IMG/VR virus record: IMGVR_UViG_3300038466_000102
Coordinates: 1-45,253 of that record
Reading direction: 5' to 3' (one strand)
Origin: a virus
Length of the DNA stretch: 45,253 bases
Part shown: positions 9,014 through 18,817 of the stretch, piece by piece
Position numbering within the stretch: position 1 is the stretch's first letter
Layout of the letters: each line of letters begins with the position of its first letter
The notes under the pieces: generated by a model
Told to the model about the DNA's origin: nothing
Database searches by the model: none
The model's input: the letters and a program-made list of their open reading frames with translations, nothing else
Program-made: the position numbers and the translations under genes

Positions 9014-10174
9014 ATGGCTTATTCAGATCCAAATTCCGGCGGTTTCGGTAACTCAGCTTCTCCTGATCTGTCCAATCCGTGGAAAGTTTCCCGGTACAAT
9101 GACTATCTCGCCGGTAAGGGCGAATTTGCCGGTCAGGGAGGCGGGGGCGGGGGTTTAGATACTTCTTCAATCCCTTCGGCTTTAGGTTTTGCTCAAACTC
9201 TTTCTAGTGGCGAGGATGCAGTCTTGGCCAACTTAGTGGCCACCATGAAAGGTCAGGCTACACCAATGGATATTTACGGCAAGTTAGAAGAACAGGCTGG
9301 TATTCCCGCACTTAGAACCTCGGCTAAATCTCTTTCCTCTGAAGTTTATTCATTAGAAGATCAAATCAGGCAGATTGAACCTGACGTGTCCGCCCGAACC
9401 AGACAGTCTTTAGTTACCGAAGCCCAAAGGCGGGGATTGGTGACTGAAGGACAGAAGCCTTTGCGCGAGAATTTAAGCACAATTTCTACCAACCTTGGCC
9501 GGGTGTTATCCGGCTTAAGTCTGGCTCAATCAGACGTTAACACTAAAACCGGCTTGACCATGCAGGGGCAACAGCAGGAACTGGAACCTTACAAACTGCA
9601 ATATACGGCTTTGGTGGACCGTAATGCCCGCTTAATGACCGGCTTTACTGCTGATCGCCAGACGGCCTATGATACTTTAATTGCCAAATGGCAGAGGAAT
9701 AATCAGCTGGACGATCGGGAGTGGCAGTTGGCGGCTGACCTGTCCAAAGAAGAAAATTCTTATACCAGGGAGCTGCAAAAAGCAGCCGCTTCAGCCGGCG
9801 CCAAGTTAACCGGCGGTGAGTCAATGGATCAATTGCTTGGTTTGATCGGCACGCAGGCGGCAGAGGAGATTGCCTGGAGTAGGCGTAAATCTGCTACCGG
9901 CACAGCTGAAGAAAGGAAAATAACCTCAGCTAAAGAACAAGCAGTGGCCGATGCCCGCAGTGGGGCGACTTCAGAGCAGTTAGCCAGAAGTTACGGGGAT
10001 ATTCTAAAACCCTACGAACTCTTGAAAATTATTAATGATAATAACTACTATGGCGGGACAATCAACGACCCCTATAATCAATTCTATAAATTCTTTTCTG
10101 GCCAGTACGATCCTAATAAAGACAATACCTCTGGTGTTAGTGTTAACCCAGATGGTTCAATTACTATTAAATAA
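9014..10174 (+). CDS. Putative internal virion / ejection protein (helical)
   Basis: Track ORF, 386 aa. It lies directly upstream of the giant ejection-type protein. No specific motif was recognised. Confidence 0.55.
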   Translation: MAYSDPNSGGFGNSASPDLSNPWKVSRYNDYLAGKGEFAGQGGGGGGLDTSSIPSALGFAQTLSSGEDAVLANLVATMKGQATPMDIYGKLEEQAGIPALRTSAKSLSSEVYSLEDQIRQIEPDVSARTRQSLVTEAQRRGLVTEGQKPLRENLSTISTNLGRVLSGLSLAQSDVNTKTGLTMQGQQQELEPYKLQYTALVDRNARLMTGFTADRQTAYDTLIAKWQRNNQLDDREWQLAADLSKEENSYTRELQKAAASAGAKLTGGESMDQLLGLIGTQAAEEIAWSRRKSATGTAEERKITSAKEQAVADARSGATSEQLARSYGDILKPYELLKIINDNNYYGGTINDPYNQFYKFFSGQYDPNKDNTSGVSVNPDGSITIK

Positions 10175-10180
10175 AATGAA

Positions 10181-11026
10181 ATGTCCATATTTTTTAACAA
10201 TAACCAAAGACCAATTAATCCGGAGAGGACTTTATCTGAAAAGGTAAAGGATTTTGTTCGGCCTAAGCTTCTTTCCCCGCTTCAGGGTGAGCCAGACACT
10301 TTTTTAAACCGGGTTAAGGAATTGTTCAAACCCAACCTCAAATCACCTGCCACTGAAACTGATGAGGAAACGCTTCTTAATCGGCCGAAACCGGCACCCT
10401 CGCCATCAACGACACCAGTGGTTGCGCCGGTTTTTGCCCAGGAGAAAACTCCCGCAATCGCACCTATGCCTATACCTGCTGTTTCGCCTATGCCTACATT
10501 TACCCGGCCATTTGAGAAAGAGGCCACCGAGGTTTGGGGGGACAAAGTTGAGGAGTTTTATCGGGTAATGAAAGAGGGCGAAAATGCTAAACTTCAACCG
10601 GTTATAGATGTTCCTAACCGGACTATCAAAGATCCGGTTACTGGCAAGAAAGTATGGAACAATGCGCCTGATGCCCCGATTGACCAGATTTATAACCCGG
10701 ATACGGATAAAATGGAAGACTCCATTGACAGGGGGCTGGCCCGGATAAATAACGGTACTTTTTACTTACTACTTAATAGCTTGGAATACCGGCCGATGAT
10801 GAAAGAGGCGGGAATTACTGATACTAACGATGTCCATAAAGTTGATTTTCAGGTGGCTTGGGATAAAATGAACGATCCGGGCTATAATATAAAGATGTCC
10901 AAAATCATTTACCAGTTCCATGAAAACGAGAACAAAAAGAAAGGGATTAAGAAATCCGGTTGGTCTGGCTGGGTAGCTGCGCCAGAAGATTTGGTCAACT
11001 TGGAGGAATATGTCGCTAATAAGTAG
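10181..11026 (+). CDS. Putative internal virion protein; weak lytic-transglycosylase-like motif (EDSIDRGLARIN)
   Basis: Track ORF, 281 aa. The motif resemblance to SLT E-S...GLMQI is weak. Confidence 0.4.
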   Translation: MSIFFNNNQRPINPERTLSEKVKDFVRPKLLSPLQGEPDTFLNRVKELFKPNLKSPATETDEETLLNRPKPAPSPSTTPVVAPVFAQEKTPAIAPMPIPAVSPMPTFTRPFEKEATEVWGDKVEEFYRVMKEGENAKLQPVIDVPNRTIKDPVTGKKVWNNAPDAPIDQIYNPDTDKMEDSIDRGLARINNGTFYLLLNSLEYRPMMKEAGITDTNDVHKVDFQVAWDKMNDPGYNIKMSKIIYQFHENENKKKGIKKSGWSGWVAAPEDLVNLEEYVANK

Positions 11027-14000
11027 CTTTTTTCAGAAATCAGACGCAATAAGACGCAAGCGCCTGGAGGCGATCCAGCAACAAATCACCTCTAAGCTTT
11101 CTCAGGTTAAATCTAAAGCTGATGTTACAGTGGACACAGTTAAAGACTATTTCACCAGCGGCCAGGTTAAAGAGGACATTAAAAAACAATACTCTCTGGA
11201 AAATATCAAACGGGTATTTGATCCGTTTTCCATGCTTAAGACTGCGGCCAGAACATATTTTTATGATCCGGAGACTAAAAAAGCTTTACCTCAGTCGCTG
11301 TTGCGTAAAGAAAACCGGCCGGACATGACTAAATTAGCCAACTGGAAAAATCTGTCTGAACAAGAAAGAGAACAGGAACTGCAAAAAACCATCGTTCCCA
11401 TGTTTATGCTCAGTGGGGCGCCACAAGGAGTTGTTAATCCTGGCAGCCGAGCCTATAAAAAACTTACGGATGAGGGTTGGATTAGACAAAAACTTGGAAA
11501 GGAATGGGCTTGGGTTAAACCTAAAGGTGGGTTTCAAGGATCGGCTTTACCTAATCAGCCAGCAATTGAAGCACCGACTCCATTGATTACACCACCTGCA
11601 CCTGTAACCCCTCCGACGCCGACTTTAGGAGCCGGTCCACAATTCATTGCAGCAACGCTAGCAGTCCCTCCAGTACCACTTAAGCCAGTCGTACCACCAG
11701 TTGCACCGACGCCGATTGGACCACAACCTATTATTCAAGAACAAAAAATTACCACCCCCCTCGCCACCGAAGCCACCAAGTATAAGAGTACGGAGGTTTG
11801 GTATCATGGCACAAGCCAAAAAAATGCTAAGTCAATTCTTAAAGAAGGTTGGAATCCAACTAAAAGTGACACCCCCAATGAATCACCTTATGCTTTATTT
11901 GCTAGTAAAGAGACTGGAGACGTAAACGATCATTCGGCTGGACTTTATAATCGTGGTGCAATGTTAGAGATAAGACCCAAGCCCAATGCTAATATTAAAG
12001 GTGAAGATTATTGGTATCAAACATTTGGTAAAAGTCATGGGGCGGAAGAGTCTGCTCAAATTGCAAAAAATGCCATAGCTGAAGGCGTTGATATTGTTAA
12101 AGATCCAAGCGGTGAGGTTTACATTTTAAATCCGAAAAGTGTTGATATTAAGATGGTTACAAAAGCCACTCAAGCTAAGGGGGTAACACCTCAACTAGCT
12201 GGCAAGCCGGCAATACCACCAACTGAGACTCATCCATTGATCAATGAATCTTTTGTCAGGTTGGCTGATGAGGCTAATAAAAACACCGATGCTTTGCGCG
12301 GTGGCACTTGGTTTACCAACAAAGGGGGAATTGGTTCTTTACAGTATGCGATAAAGGAAAAGATAATCGGCGGTGGTACGCTTTTTAAAGGCAACCTTAA
12401 TCCTAAAAATCCTCTTGTTGTTAAAGAAGCTCAGTTGGAAGATGGATCGTTAAACGTGATAAACCTGGGGTACGAAAATTACATTAAGCCTAAATATTAT
12501 AAAATTCTTGATCACATGATGGCGACTATTTTGTATCCTGAAAGTGGAGCTGAATTGCCTGATGACCAAATAGACATTCATCTTATGAATGCTTTGGAGG
12601 CAGCGGATATTCCTGAAACCCAGGCCATTAAAGTTTTAAACGTGACCCCTAAAAATAAACTTGACGTGACTGCAGATATGATTATGACTAAGGCTTTAAA
12701 AGAGGAGGGTTACGATGCTTTAATTTTACTAACTGAGGGTGGTCAAAAGCACGTCTTAAATTTTGATACTTCCAAGGCTTTTGAACCGGCACCGCCTAAA
12801 CTGACTATTGCCAAATTAGAAAAGCAGGAACTTGGCGAACATTTTAAAGACTTTATCTCCCAAGCGAAGACCGGAGAAAGTTATACCAGCCGGGTAAATA
12901 AACTTTCCGAGGTGGCGGATAAACCGGAGATCTCTAATGACCGGGTCATGTTGCGGCAACTGCGGACTTTGGTCCGCAAAGAGATTCTTAAATTAACCGG
13001 GTTGGATGCCGGCGGGACCGGTCACTGGAAACAGGACTTTGCCTATCTGCAGATGATTAAAGCCGATCCGGCGGTTGCCGATCAGGTCACGGCTCTGGAA
13101 GAGTTAATCTATAAACTGGATGAAAAGATCGGCGTCAATGTTCAGGCCAAGATCGCTGACTTTTCCGAGGACCTCGGCTTGCCAACCACTGCTGATTATT
13201 ACATTCCTGTCAGAAAGTATTCTACCCGGGGGACTGGCAACCGCGAGTGGATTCAGCAGAACATTCCCCTTGTCTATATGGGCAATAAACGGGGCATGGT
13301 TGGTTATATCCTGGATGTGTTGGGAATTAAACGCGACGACCTCCAGTTTCTTAACTCCCAGGATACGGCTCATTTGCCGTTTACCCAGGTTTATGATCTC
13401 TTTGGCGGGTCCGGCTTGCTGGCCAACCTCTCTACCAAACTTTTCCCGAAAGCCCAGATTACTTATAACGAGTATGATCCACAGGTGGTTAAGGCCATTG
13501 AGACTGTCAAGACCAATCCTCGGCCGGTTACCCGCTTCATCAAAGAGGTAGGAATCTGGTTACAGGACCATCCCGGCGCCGATTGGTTGGCCCATTTCCA
13601 ACTGGTCCATAAAAGCGATCCGATGTTCCGGACGGCGGCCAAACTGATTGAGGCTACCGCTGGCCGGACCGGGGAAGTAACCGCCCAAAAGATCGCCAAC
13701 ATGGTTAAAGCCGTCCCTAACTACGCTAAGGCTTTTAAAGACGTCCAGACGACCAATGAAGATGCCTTTGCCATTATGGACCGGTTGATTGCCAACCCGC
13801 CTTCTAAAGGATCAACTTTAGTCTATATTGACCCGCCTTACTGGGGTTCAGCTGGCTATGCTCAGGGAGCGGAGATGATGCGCTCGTCCGGGTTTATGAA
13901 GGTGTTGGATTACATCGGCAAACTGGATAAAGTCGGCGTTAAGGTGATCGCTTTCAACAACGACCCCGAAGTCCAGGCACCTAAGGCCGGCCTGGAAGAA

Positions 14001-16973
14001 ATCCACCTTAACAATATCATGGGCAAGATCAATCAACTGTCCGAACAGGGGGTAACTGTCATCCGGGGGATCAAGCCGATCGGGGCGCCGGATAGGCGGG
14101 AGATTATGCTGACTAACCTGGACTATGGTAAAAAGACCAACCGTTTGCTTAACCAGAAGTGGGTCATGGAGGCAATTGAGAAACTTCATGCCCAGCCGGC
14201 GGCCGAGATGTCCAAGTCTTTCCTATCATTACTGCGGTCCATTCGTGGTAGCTCAGAGTTTGCCCCGGGAACACAGCGGATTTCCCCCAACCAAATCCGC
14301 ATGATCCGCACTCTTAAGAATCGTCTGCGGATTAAGAACCGGGAGATGCTGCCGATCCTAGACGAGTTGTTGGGTGATACCTCTTTTGCCAAAATGACCA
14401 AAGAGGATGGCGAGAAGATGATCGCCTGGCTGCAGCCACAGAACTACCGAATTATTGAAAAGCAGGTGGACCTGACCAAAGACCGGCTGGGCAAAGCCAG
14501 GCTGCAGGCGGTTATTGGCGAGCCATCAGTGGCTGTTAATGAAGAATTGGAAAAGAAGTTTAACTTGATTGATGTCATGAACCGGACAGCCGGCGATATT
14601 GAGAACATTACTAAAATGGTGGGCAACCTGCCGAAGATGGAAGCACCTAAATGGAATAATCTGCGCCGGGCTTTACTGCTACCGGCTAAAGCTTTGTCTG
14701 AAGACCTGGCTACAAAAATTCTCGGCATTAAGGGATCGTTCCATACTCCTCTACGGGCGATCATCAACATCAGCACCAAGTTCAAAAACCGGATGCATCT
14801 CAATCTATCCCAATTAGCTAAAGATTTATCTGAGGAAGAACGAAAAGCGGTCGCCTTTATCCAAGGCGGGGCCGAGAAAGAGTTTAAGGGGACAATCTCG
14901 CCCAAGGCAAGACAAACTGCTAATTATTTACAGGAAGTTTTCCGGGCAAACCTGGCTATTGTTAACCGGTTGCGCCAAGCAGTTAACCAACCGATCGTGC
15001 CAGAAAGAAATCCTTACATCTCTTATATTTTAAACCAGGACATTTTAGAGGCGGCCCATTTAGGCGATAGGGTAAAGTTTTGGGAACAGCGGGTAAAAAC
15101 TCCCAAAGACTTTGCTGCCGGTTTGTTTACCCAGGACCTTAACAGAATCTTTAAGATTTGGTCCGAGTCCTCAGCCAACTGGCTCAAGAAAAATCTTTAT
15201 CAGGCTCTCTTGGCTGATAAATTTGAGGAGATTTACAAGGTGTCTGATGCCGCTTCCATGTATGCCCGGACAATCATGGAGATGGATATTTATAATATGA
15301 TGGGGGATTTTGAGCGCTCGTTCCGGGTAATCGGCCAGGCCATCAATGACTCTGTCGGCAAGATTTATCCTAAGCGAATTCCGGTTAATGAAGAACTGGC
15401 TAAATCTTTGCTCAATACTACCTTTGGCCAGGAACTGATAGATTCCATTAAACACGGTTATCTTTATGTGCCACGCTTCCAACTGCCTAATGTTGGTGAA
15501 GTCTTTCATAAAGTGTTTTATCCGGCCAAGTTAGCCTGGAATTTCGGCTTTGCTGTTCTTAACCGGCAGCAACCCTGGGCAGCCACACCGTTTGTCGGAG
15601 TGATTAATAAACTTAAAGGACGGCTTAAACTTTACGGAGTGATGATGCCTTGGAATGGCAAGGCGCGAGACCGCTATATTTCCATGCTGGAATCTTCCGG
15701 TTACCAATTTGGCCGAATGATGTACGGTGAGCAATTTCCTACGGCTAAAAGCACGCTAGGAGTCTTTGTGGATCGGTCCATTAACTTTTTAAATGATGTT
15801 ACCGAGCTGGCCAACCGGATGGAGAATGCCATTGATGCTGAATATGTGCTGGCCAATTTGGAAAAAAAGGCTGGTATGACCTTGGAACGGCGTGACAAAG
15901 AGAAAATTGCCGGCCAATTCTCGGCTTTTATTAACTTTATCTCCGGCAAGAGCTATTCGCCGGTGGCCCAGCGCAATGCGATCGGCCGAGTGCTTTATAC
16001 TTTCCAGCAGTATCCGATCTACCAACTGAATGTATTTCACGAAATGCTCAAGTATGCCCATCAAGACAAAGGGGCGGCTGACTTTTGGAAGTTAATGAAT
16101 GACGAAGGTGGTGCTTCTGAAAAAGCTTACGAGGCTTTTCAAAAACTGCCGGATAAGAGTAAATCCCGCTACTTTGCCATTTTATTGGCAATTGCCATCC
16201 CGGTAGCCACCATTTATTCCATGTCCCGGTCCTGGTCAGTGGCTGCGCGGGCCTTGCCCGGAATGCCCAGAGTTGCCATGAATAATATTCTTAAAGCTTT
16301 ATTCGCTTGGGTTGATGATCCGAGCGATGACAATAGAGATGTTTTGGCGACAGAGATTAAAGGTTTCTTCCGGGTAACTGTAACTCAACGGGTAAATGAT
16401 GCTTTTGATGTGATGAAGACCGGCATCCTCCAAACTACCACCACCGGCCGACCGTTGTTTGTCCAAAAGACGATTGACAATGCGGTCCGGATGTTTGTCT
16501 TTGGCCGGTCCATTTTACCAGAGTACGAGAAACGCTACCCCAGCATTCTTTCCAAGATATTCGGCGGTCAAACAGAGGCCGGACAAGTTAAGAAACTGCA
16601 GAAGTCCCGGTTAAAACAGCAACAGACTGACACGGAAAACGCAGTGGAGTTTATGAAACGACTGGAGACCAGTAAAACTATTGAAGAGAAAAAGGCTTTG
16701 CTTAAAGAGTTTGCCGAGGCCGGCAAGTTTAATACTCAGATGAAAGATAAATTAAAACAGTACCTAACTGAAAAAACCACTGGCACCGGCGGTTTGGAAC
16801 GATCAATCATCGGTCTGAATGATGCTGATCAGGCTCAGTTTGTTTTAGACAATCTTAACAAGGCTAAAACTGTTGAGGCGAAGCAAGCTTTGCTGGCCGA
16901 CTATGCCCAGCGAGGAGTCCTAACTGCCAATGTAATTGCCGAAATGAAAAAACTATTGCTTAATAAAAAATGA
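11010..16973 (+). CDS. Giant polyvalent virion protein (1987 aa) with Dam-like N6-adenine DNA methyltransferase domain and a possible ART/PARP-like motif
   Basis: Track ORF; GGAGGA upstream. Contains DLFGGSG (13401-13415) and IDPPY (DPPY at 13830-13841) in the order motif I then motif IV. Contains VWYHGTSQKNAKSILKEGW (YHGT at 11802-11813). Hydrophobic segments lie in the C-terminal third. Confidence 0.7.
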   Translation: MSLISSFFQKSDAIRRKRLEAIQQQITSKLSQVKSKADVTVDTVKDYFTSGQVKEDIKKQYSLENIKRVFDPFSMLKTAARTYFYDPETKKALPQSLLRKENRPDMTKLANWKNLSEQEREQELQKTIVPMFMLSGAPQGVVNPGSRAYKKLTDEGWIRQKLGKEWAWVKPKGGFQGSALPNQPAIEAPTPLITPPAPVTPPTPTLGAGPQFIAATLAVPPVPLKPVVPPVAPTPIGPQPIIQEQKITTPLATEATKYKSTEVWYHGTSQKNAKSILKEGWNPTKSDTPNESPYALFASKETGDVNDHSAGLYNRGAMLEIRPKPNANIKGEDYWYQTFGKSHGAEESAQIAKNAIAEGVDIVKDPSGEVYILNPKSVDIKMVTKATQAKGVTPQLAGKPAIPPTETHPLINESFVRLADEANKNTDALRGGTWFTNKGGIGSLQYAIKEKIIGGGTLFKGNLNPKNPLVVKEAQLEDGSLNVINLGYENYIKPKYYKILDHMMATILYPESGAELPDDQIDIHLMNALEAADIPETQAIKVLNVTPKNKLDVTADMIMTKALKEEGYDALILLTEGGQKHVLNFDTSKAFEPAPPKLTIAKLEKQELGEHFKDFISQAKTGESYTSRVNKLSEVADKPEISNDRVMLRQLRTLVRKEILKLTGLDAGGTGHWKQDFAYLQMIKADPAVADQVTALEELIYKLDEKIGVNVQAKIADFSEDLGLPTTADYYIPVRKYSTRGTGNREWIQQNIPLVYMGNKRGMVGYILDVLGIKRDDLQFLNSQDTAHLPFTQVYDLFGGSGLLANLSTKLFPKAQITYNEYDPQVVKAIETVKTNPRPVTRFIKEVGIWLQDHPGADWLAHFQLVHKSDPMFRTAAKLIEATAGRTGEVTAQKIANMVKAVPNYAKAFKDVQTTNEDAFAIMDRLIANPPSKGSTLVYIDPPYWGSAGYAQGAEMMRSSGFMKVLDYIGKLDKVGVKVIAFNNDPEVQAPKAGLEEIHLNNIMGKINQLSEQGVTVIRGIKPIGAPDRREIMLTNLDYGKKTNRLLNQKWVMEAIEKLHAQPAAEMSKSFLSLLRSIRGSSEFAPGTQRISPNQIRMIRTLKNRLRIKNREMLPILDELLGDTSFAKMTKEDGEKMIAWLQPQNYRIIEKQVDLTKDRLGKARLQAVIGEPSVAVNEELEKKFNLIDVMNRTAGDIENITKMVGNLPKMEAPKWNNLRRALLLPAKALSEDLATKILGIKGSFHTPLRAIINISTKFKNRMHLNLSQLAKDLSEEERKAVAFIQGGAEKEFKGTISPKARQTANYLQEVFRANLAIVNRLRQAVNQPIVPERNPYISYILNQDILEAAHLGDRVKFWEQRVKTPKDFAAGLFTQDLNRIFKIWSESSANWLKKNLYQALLADKFEEIYKVSDAASMYARTIMEMDIYNMMGDFERSFRVIGQAINDSVGKIYPKRIPVNEELAKSLLNTTFGQELIDSIKHGYLYVPRFQLPNVGEVFHKVFYPAKLAWNFGFAVLNRQQPWAATPFVGVINKLKGRLKLYGVMMPWNGKARDRYISMLESSGYQFGRMMYGEQFPTAKSTLGVFVDRSINFLNDVTELANRMENAIDAEYVLANLEKKAGMTLERRDKEKIAGQFSAFINFISGKSYSPVAQRNAIGRVLYTFQQYPIYQLNVFHEMLKYAHQDKGAADFWKLMNDEGGASEKAYEAFQKLPDKSKSRYFAILLAIAIPVATIYSMSRSWSVAARALPGMPRVAMNNILKALFAWVDDPSDDNRDVLATEIKGFFRVTVTQRVNDAFDVMKTGILQTTTTGRPLFVQKTIDNAVRMFVFGRSILPEYEKRYPSILSKIFGGQTEAGQVKKLQKSRLKQQQTDTENAVEFMKRLETSKTIEEKKALLKEFAEAGKFNTQMKDKLKQYLTEKTTGTGGLERSIIGLNDADQAQFVLDNLNKAKTVEAKQALLADYAQRGVLTANVIAEMKKLLLNKK

Positions 16974-16976
16974 TTG

Positions 16977-16985
16977 TGATATAAT
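16977..16985 (+). promoter_or_regulatory. Extended -10-like element TGaTATAAT, 6 nt before ATG 16992
   Basis: Read directly; no SD before 16992. Confidence 0.45.
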
Positions 16986-16991
16986 TAATTT

Positions 16992-17297
16992 ATGGACAAT
17001 AATACACGTCAGGCATTTCTCCAGGCTTTACAGAGTAGAGGATTAGTAGGTAACCAAACTAATGTCGGCGGCCCCCAAGGAATGGATCAAGGTAGGATGA
17101 TGATGGCCGGTAGGCAGATGAACGGCACCCAGGGAGGCGCAGGAATGTCCCAAGGTCCGATTGACCAGCTTAAAATGTCCCAGCCTGACGAAGCGGTTTA
17201 TATTGTTAGGGCTTTGGCAGCCAGATTAAAAGCTTTATCAGATATGGAGATGGGCAAGGACCAGCAGCCAGCGCAACCGGCCCCAGCCATGGCTTAA
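16992..17297 (+). CDS. Hypothetical Gln/Gly/Met-rich protein
   Basis: Track ORF, 101 aa. Confidence 0.65.
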   Translation: MDNNTRQAFLQALQSRGLVGNQTNVGGPQGMDQGRMMMAGRQMNGTQGGAGMSQGPIDQLKMSQPDEAVYIVRALAARLKALSDMEMGKDQQPAQPAPAMA

Positions 17298-17298
17298 T

Positions 17299-17523
17299 AT
17301 GCCAAAACAAACCAGTTATGATTTACTAAAAGAAGTCTATACTATTGTCAATAGGCTTGAAGATAAAGTGGACAAAAGAGTAGGTTTAACGGAGGGAAGG
17401 TTGGATAAGATTGAAGGTAAAGTAGATAACTTATTAGGTAAAATCGGCATCGGTGTGATGGTGGTTTCGGCAGTTATCTCCAGCGGAATAGCTTTTCTTT
17501 TTAGCTTTTTAAAGAAAGATTAA
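17299..17523 (+). CDS. Small membrane-anchored protein in the lysis cassette (holin-like)
   Basis: Track ORF, 74 aa. It has a C-terminal hydrophobic helix (IGIGVMVVSAVISSGIAFLFSFL) and abuts the endolysin gene. Confidence 0.55.
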   Translation: MPKQTSYDLLKEVYTIVNRLEDKVDKRVGLTEGRLDKIEGKVDNLLGKIGIGVMVVSAVISSGIAFLFSFLKKD

Positions 17524-18461
17524 TGATTAATTTACAACAATTGATAGATAAGTATAATGGCAAGCCTTGCGAGGTGGCCGGTTCGGCTGACGCTAAAAAC
17601 CAGTGTGTGGATTTAGCCAATGCCTATATCAGAGATGTCTGGGGTTTGCCGATAGTAGAGTGGACCAATGCAGTGGACTTTCCCGAAAAGATCACCAACT
17701 GTAATTTTATTGCCAATACTCCTGATGGAATGCCCAACCCGGGAGATTTGGCTGTCTTTAAGAAATACGGCTCGCTTTATGGTATAAATGGACATATCGG
17801 GGTAGTGATGGAAGCCACTCTGAATTCAATGAAAATTTTTGGGCAGAATTACCCGACCGGCTCGCTGTGCAAGATAGGCACGCATAATTATCTTGGCTGC
17901 CGCGGCTGGCTGAGAAAGAAAGAAACTATGTTTGATGATGAAATGGTAATTAAAAAGTCAGAGTATAAAAATCTTTTTGAGGGAAACCAGCTTTTCCAGC
18001 AGTTTAAAGACAATGGTTATTCCTCGGTTGCCGATGTCAAAGCAGATATTGCCGCCCGCAATAAAACTATTGAAGAGCAAAAGGCTGAGATTAAGCTTGC
18101 TAACGATGCCGCTACTGAAGATAAAAACTCTTATCAGGCATTACGGGACGCAGTGGCCAAGGCTTTAGGCGTCACTCAGGATGTCAATCAAATCAATGCG
18201 GCCCTGACTAAACTGGAAAAAGACCTGGATGATTATGATACGGTGAAACGCAATCTGGCCACTCTCCAAACGGCTTTTGATACTAGTGTCGGAAACTCCA
18301 CCGCCACGATTAAAGCCTACGAGGCCTTAATGAAGAATGCCTACAGCCCAGCGGAGTTGGCTAAAATACTCGCCAATAAACGGTCCGAGCTGATTTGGAA
18401 ATTGATGGTTAGTTTGATTAAAGACATTAAAATTTCTTTACCTAAATTAAAGAGGGGGTGA
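17523..18461 (+). CDS. CHAP-domain endolysin with long helical C-terminal region
   Basis: Track ORF. Has the Cys motif KNQCVDLANAY and the downstream His motif NGHIGVV typical of CHAP amidase/peptidases. Confidence 0.8.
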   Translation: MINLQQLIDKYNGKPCEVAGSADAKNQCVDLANAYIRDVWGLPIVEWTNAVDFPEKITNCNFIANTPDGMPNPGDLAVFKKYGSLYGINGHIGVVMEATLNSMKIFGQNYPTGSLCKIGTHNYLGCRGWLRKKETMFDDEMVIKKSEYKNLFEGNQLFQQFKDNGYSSVADVKADIAARNKTIEEQKAEIKLANDAATEDKNSYQALRDAVAKALGVTQDVNQINAALTKLEKDLDDYDTVKRNLATLQTAFDTSVGNSTATIKAYEALMKNAYSPAELAKILANKRSELIWKLMVSLIKDIKISLPKLKRG

Positions 18462-18467
18462 CTTGTA

Positions 18468-18686
18468 ATGAAAATTAACTGGAAAATGGTTTGGGAAGCC
18501 ATCAAAGAGCCATTGCGGGAGTTTGTCATTGCTATCATCCCGGCGGCGCTGGCTTTTACCCAAACTTTAGACTGGCAGTATGCCGGAGTAATTTATTTTG
18601 TCCTCAGGTTTATTGATAAATATCTGCATGAAGCAGGCAAAAAGAAAGGCAACGAAGCACTTTCAAGAGGCATTACCAGGTTCTAA
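18468..18686 (+). CDS. Holin-like protein with two hydrophobic segments
   Basis: Track ORF, 72 aa; GAGGGGG upstream; two hydrophobic stretches and a basic C-terminus; lies next to the endolysin. Confidence 0.6.
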   Translation: MKINWKMVWEAIKEPLREFVIAIIPAALAFTQTLDWQYAGVIYFVLRFIDKYLHEAGKKKGNEALSRGITRF

Positions 18687-18708
18687 AAAAAACCGGCCGA
18701 GTCACGCC

Positions 18709-18720
18709 GTTAAGCTTAAC
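18709..18720. promoter_or_regulatory. Perfect 12-bp palindrome GTTAAGCTTAAC (candidate operator)
   Basis: Read directly; intergenic. It shares CGTTAAG with the promoters at 25950 and 34964. Confidence 0.35.
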
Positions 18721-18745
18721 AAAGCCGGATTAGTAATTTTACCAC

Positions 18746-18775
18746 TTGACATCGTCAGGTTAAAGTAGGTAAATT
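18746..18775 (+). promoter_or_regulatory. Sigma70-like promoter (TTGACA-18 nt-TAAATT)
   Basis: TTGACA at 18746-18751 and TAAATT at 18770-18775, intergenic. Confidence 0.5.
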
Positions 18776-18780
18776 AAGTA

Positions 18781-18809
18781 TTGACATTAAATGGAGTGTT
18801 GCTGATAAT
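18781..18809 (+). promoter_or_regulatory. Sigma70-like promoter (TTGACA-17 nt-GATAAT)
   Basis: TTGACA at 18781-18786 and GATAAT at 18804-18809. Confidence 0.6.
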
Positions 18810-18817
18810 AGGTTAAA

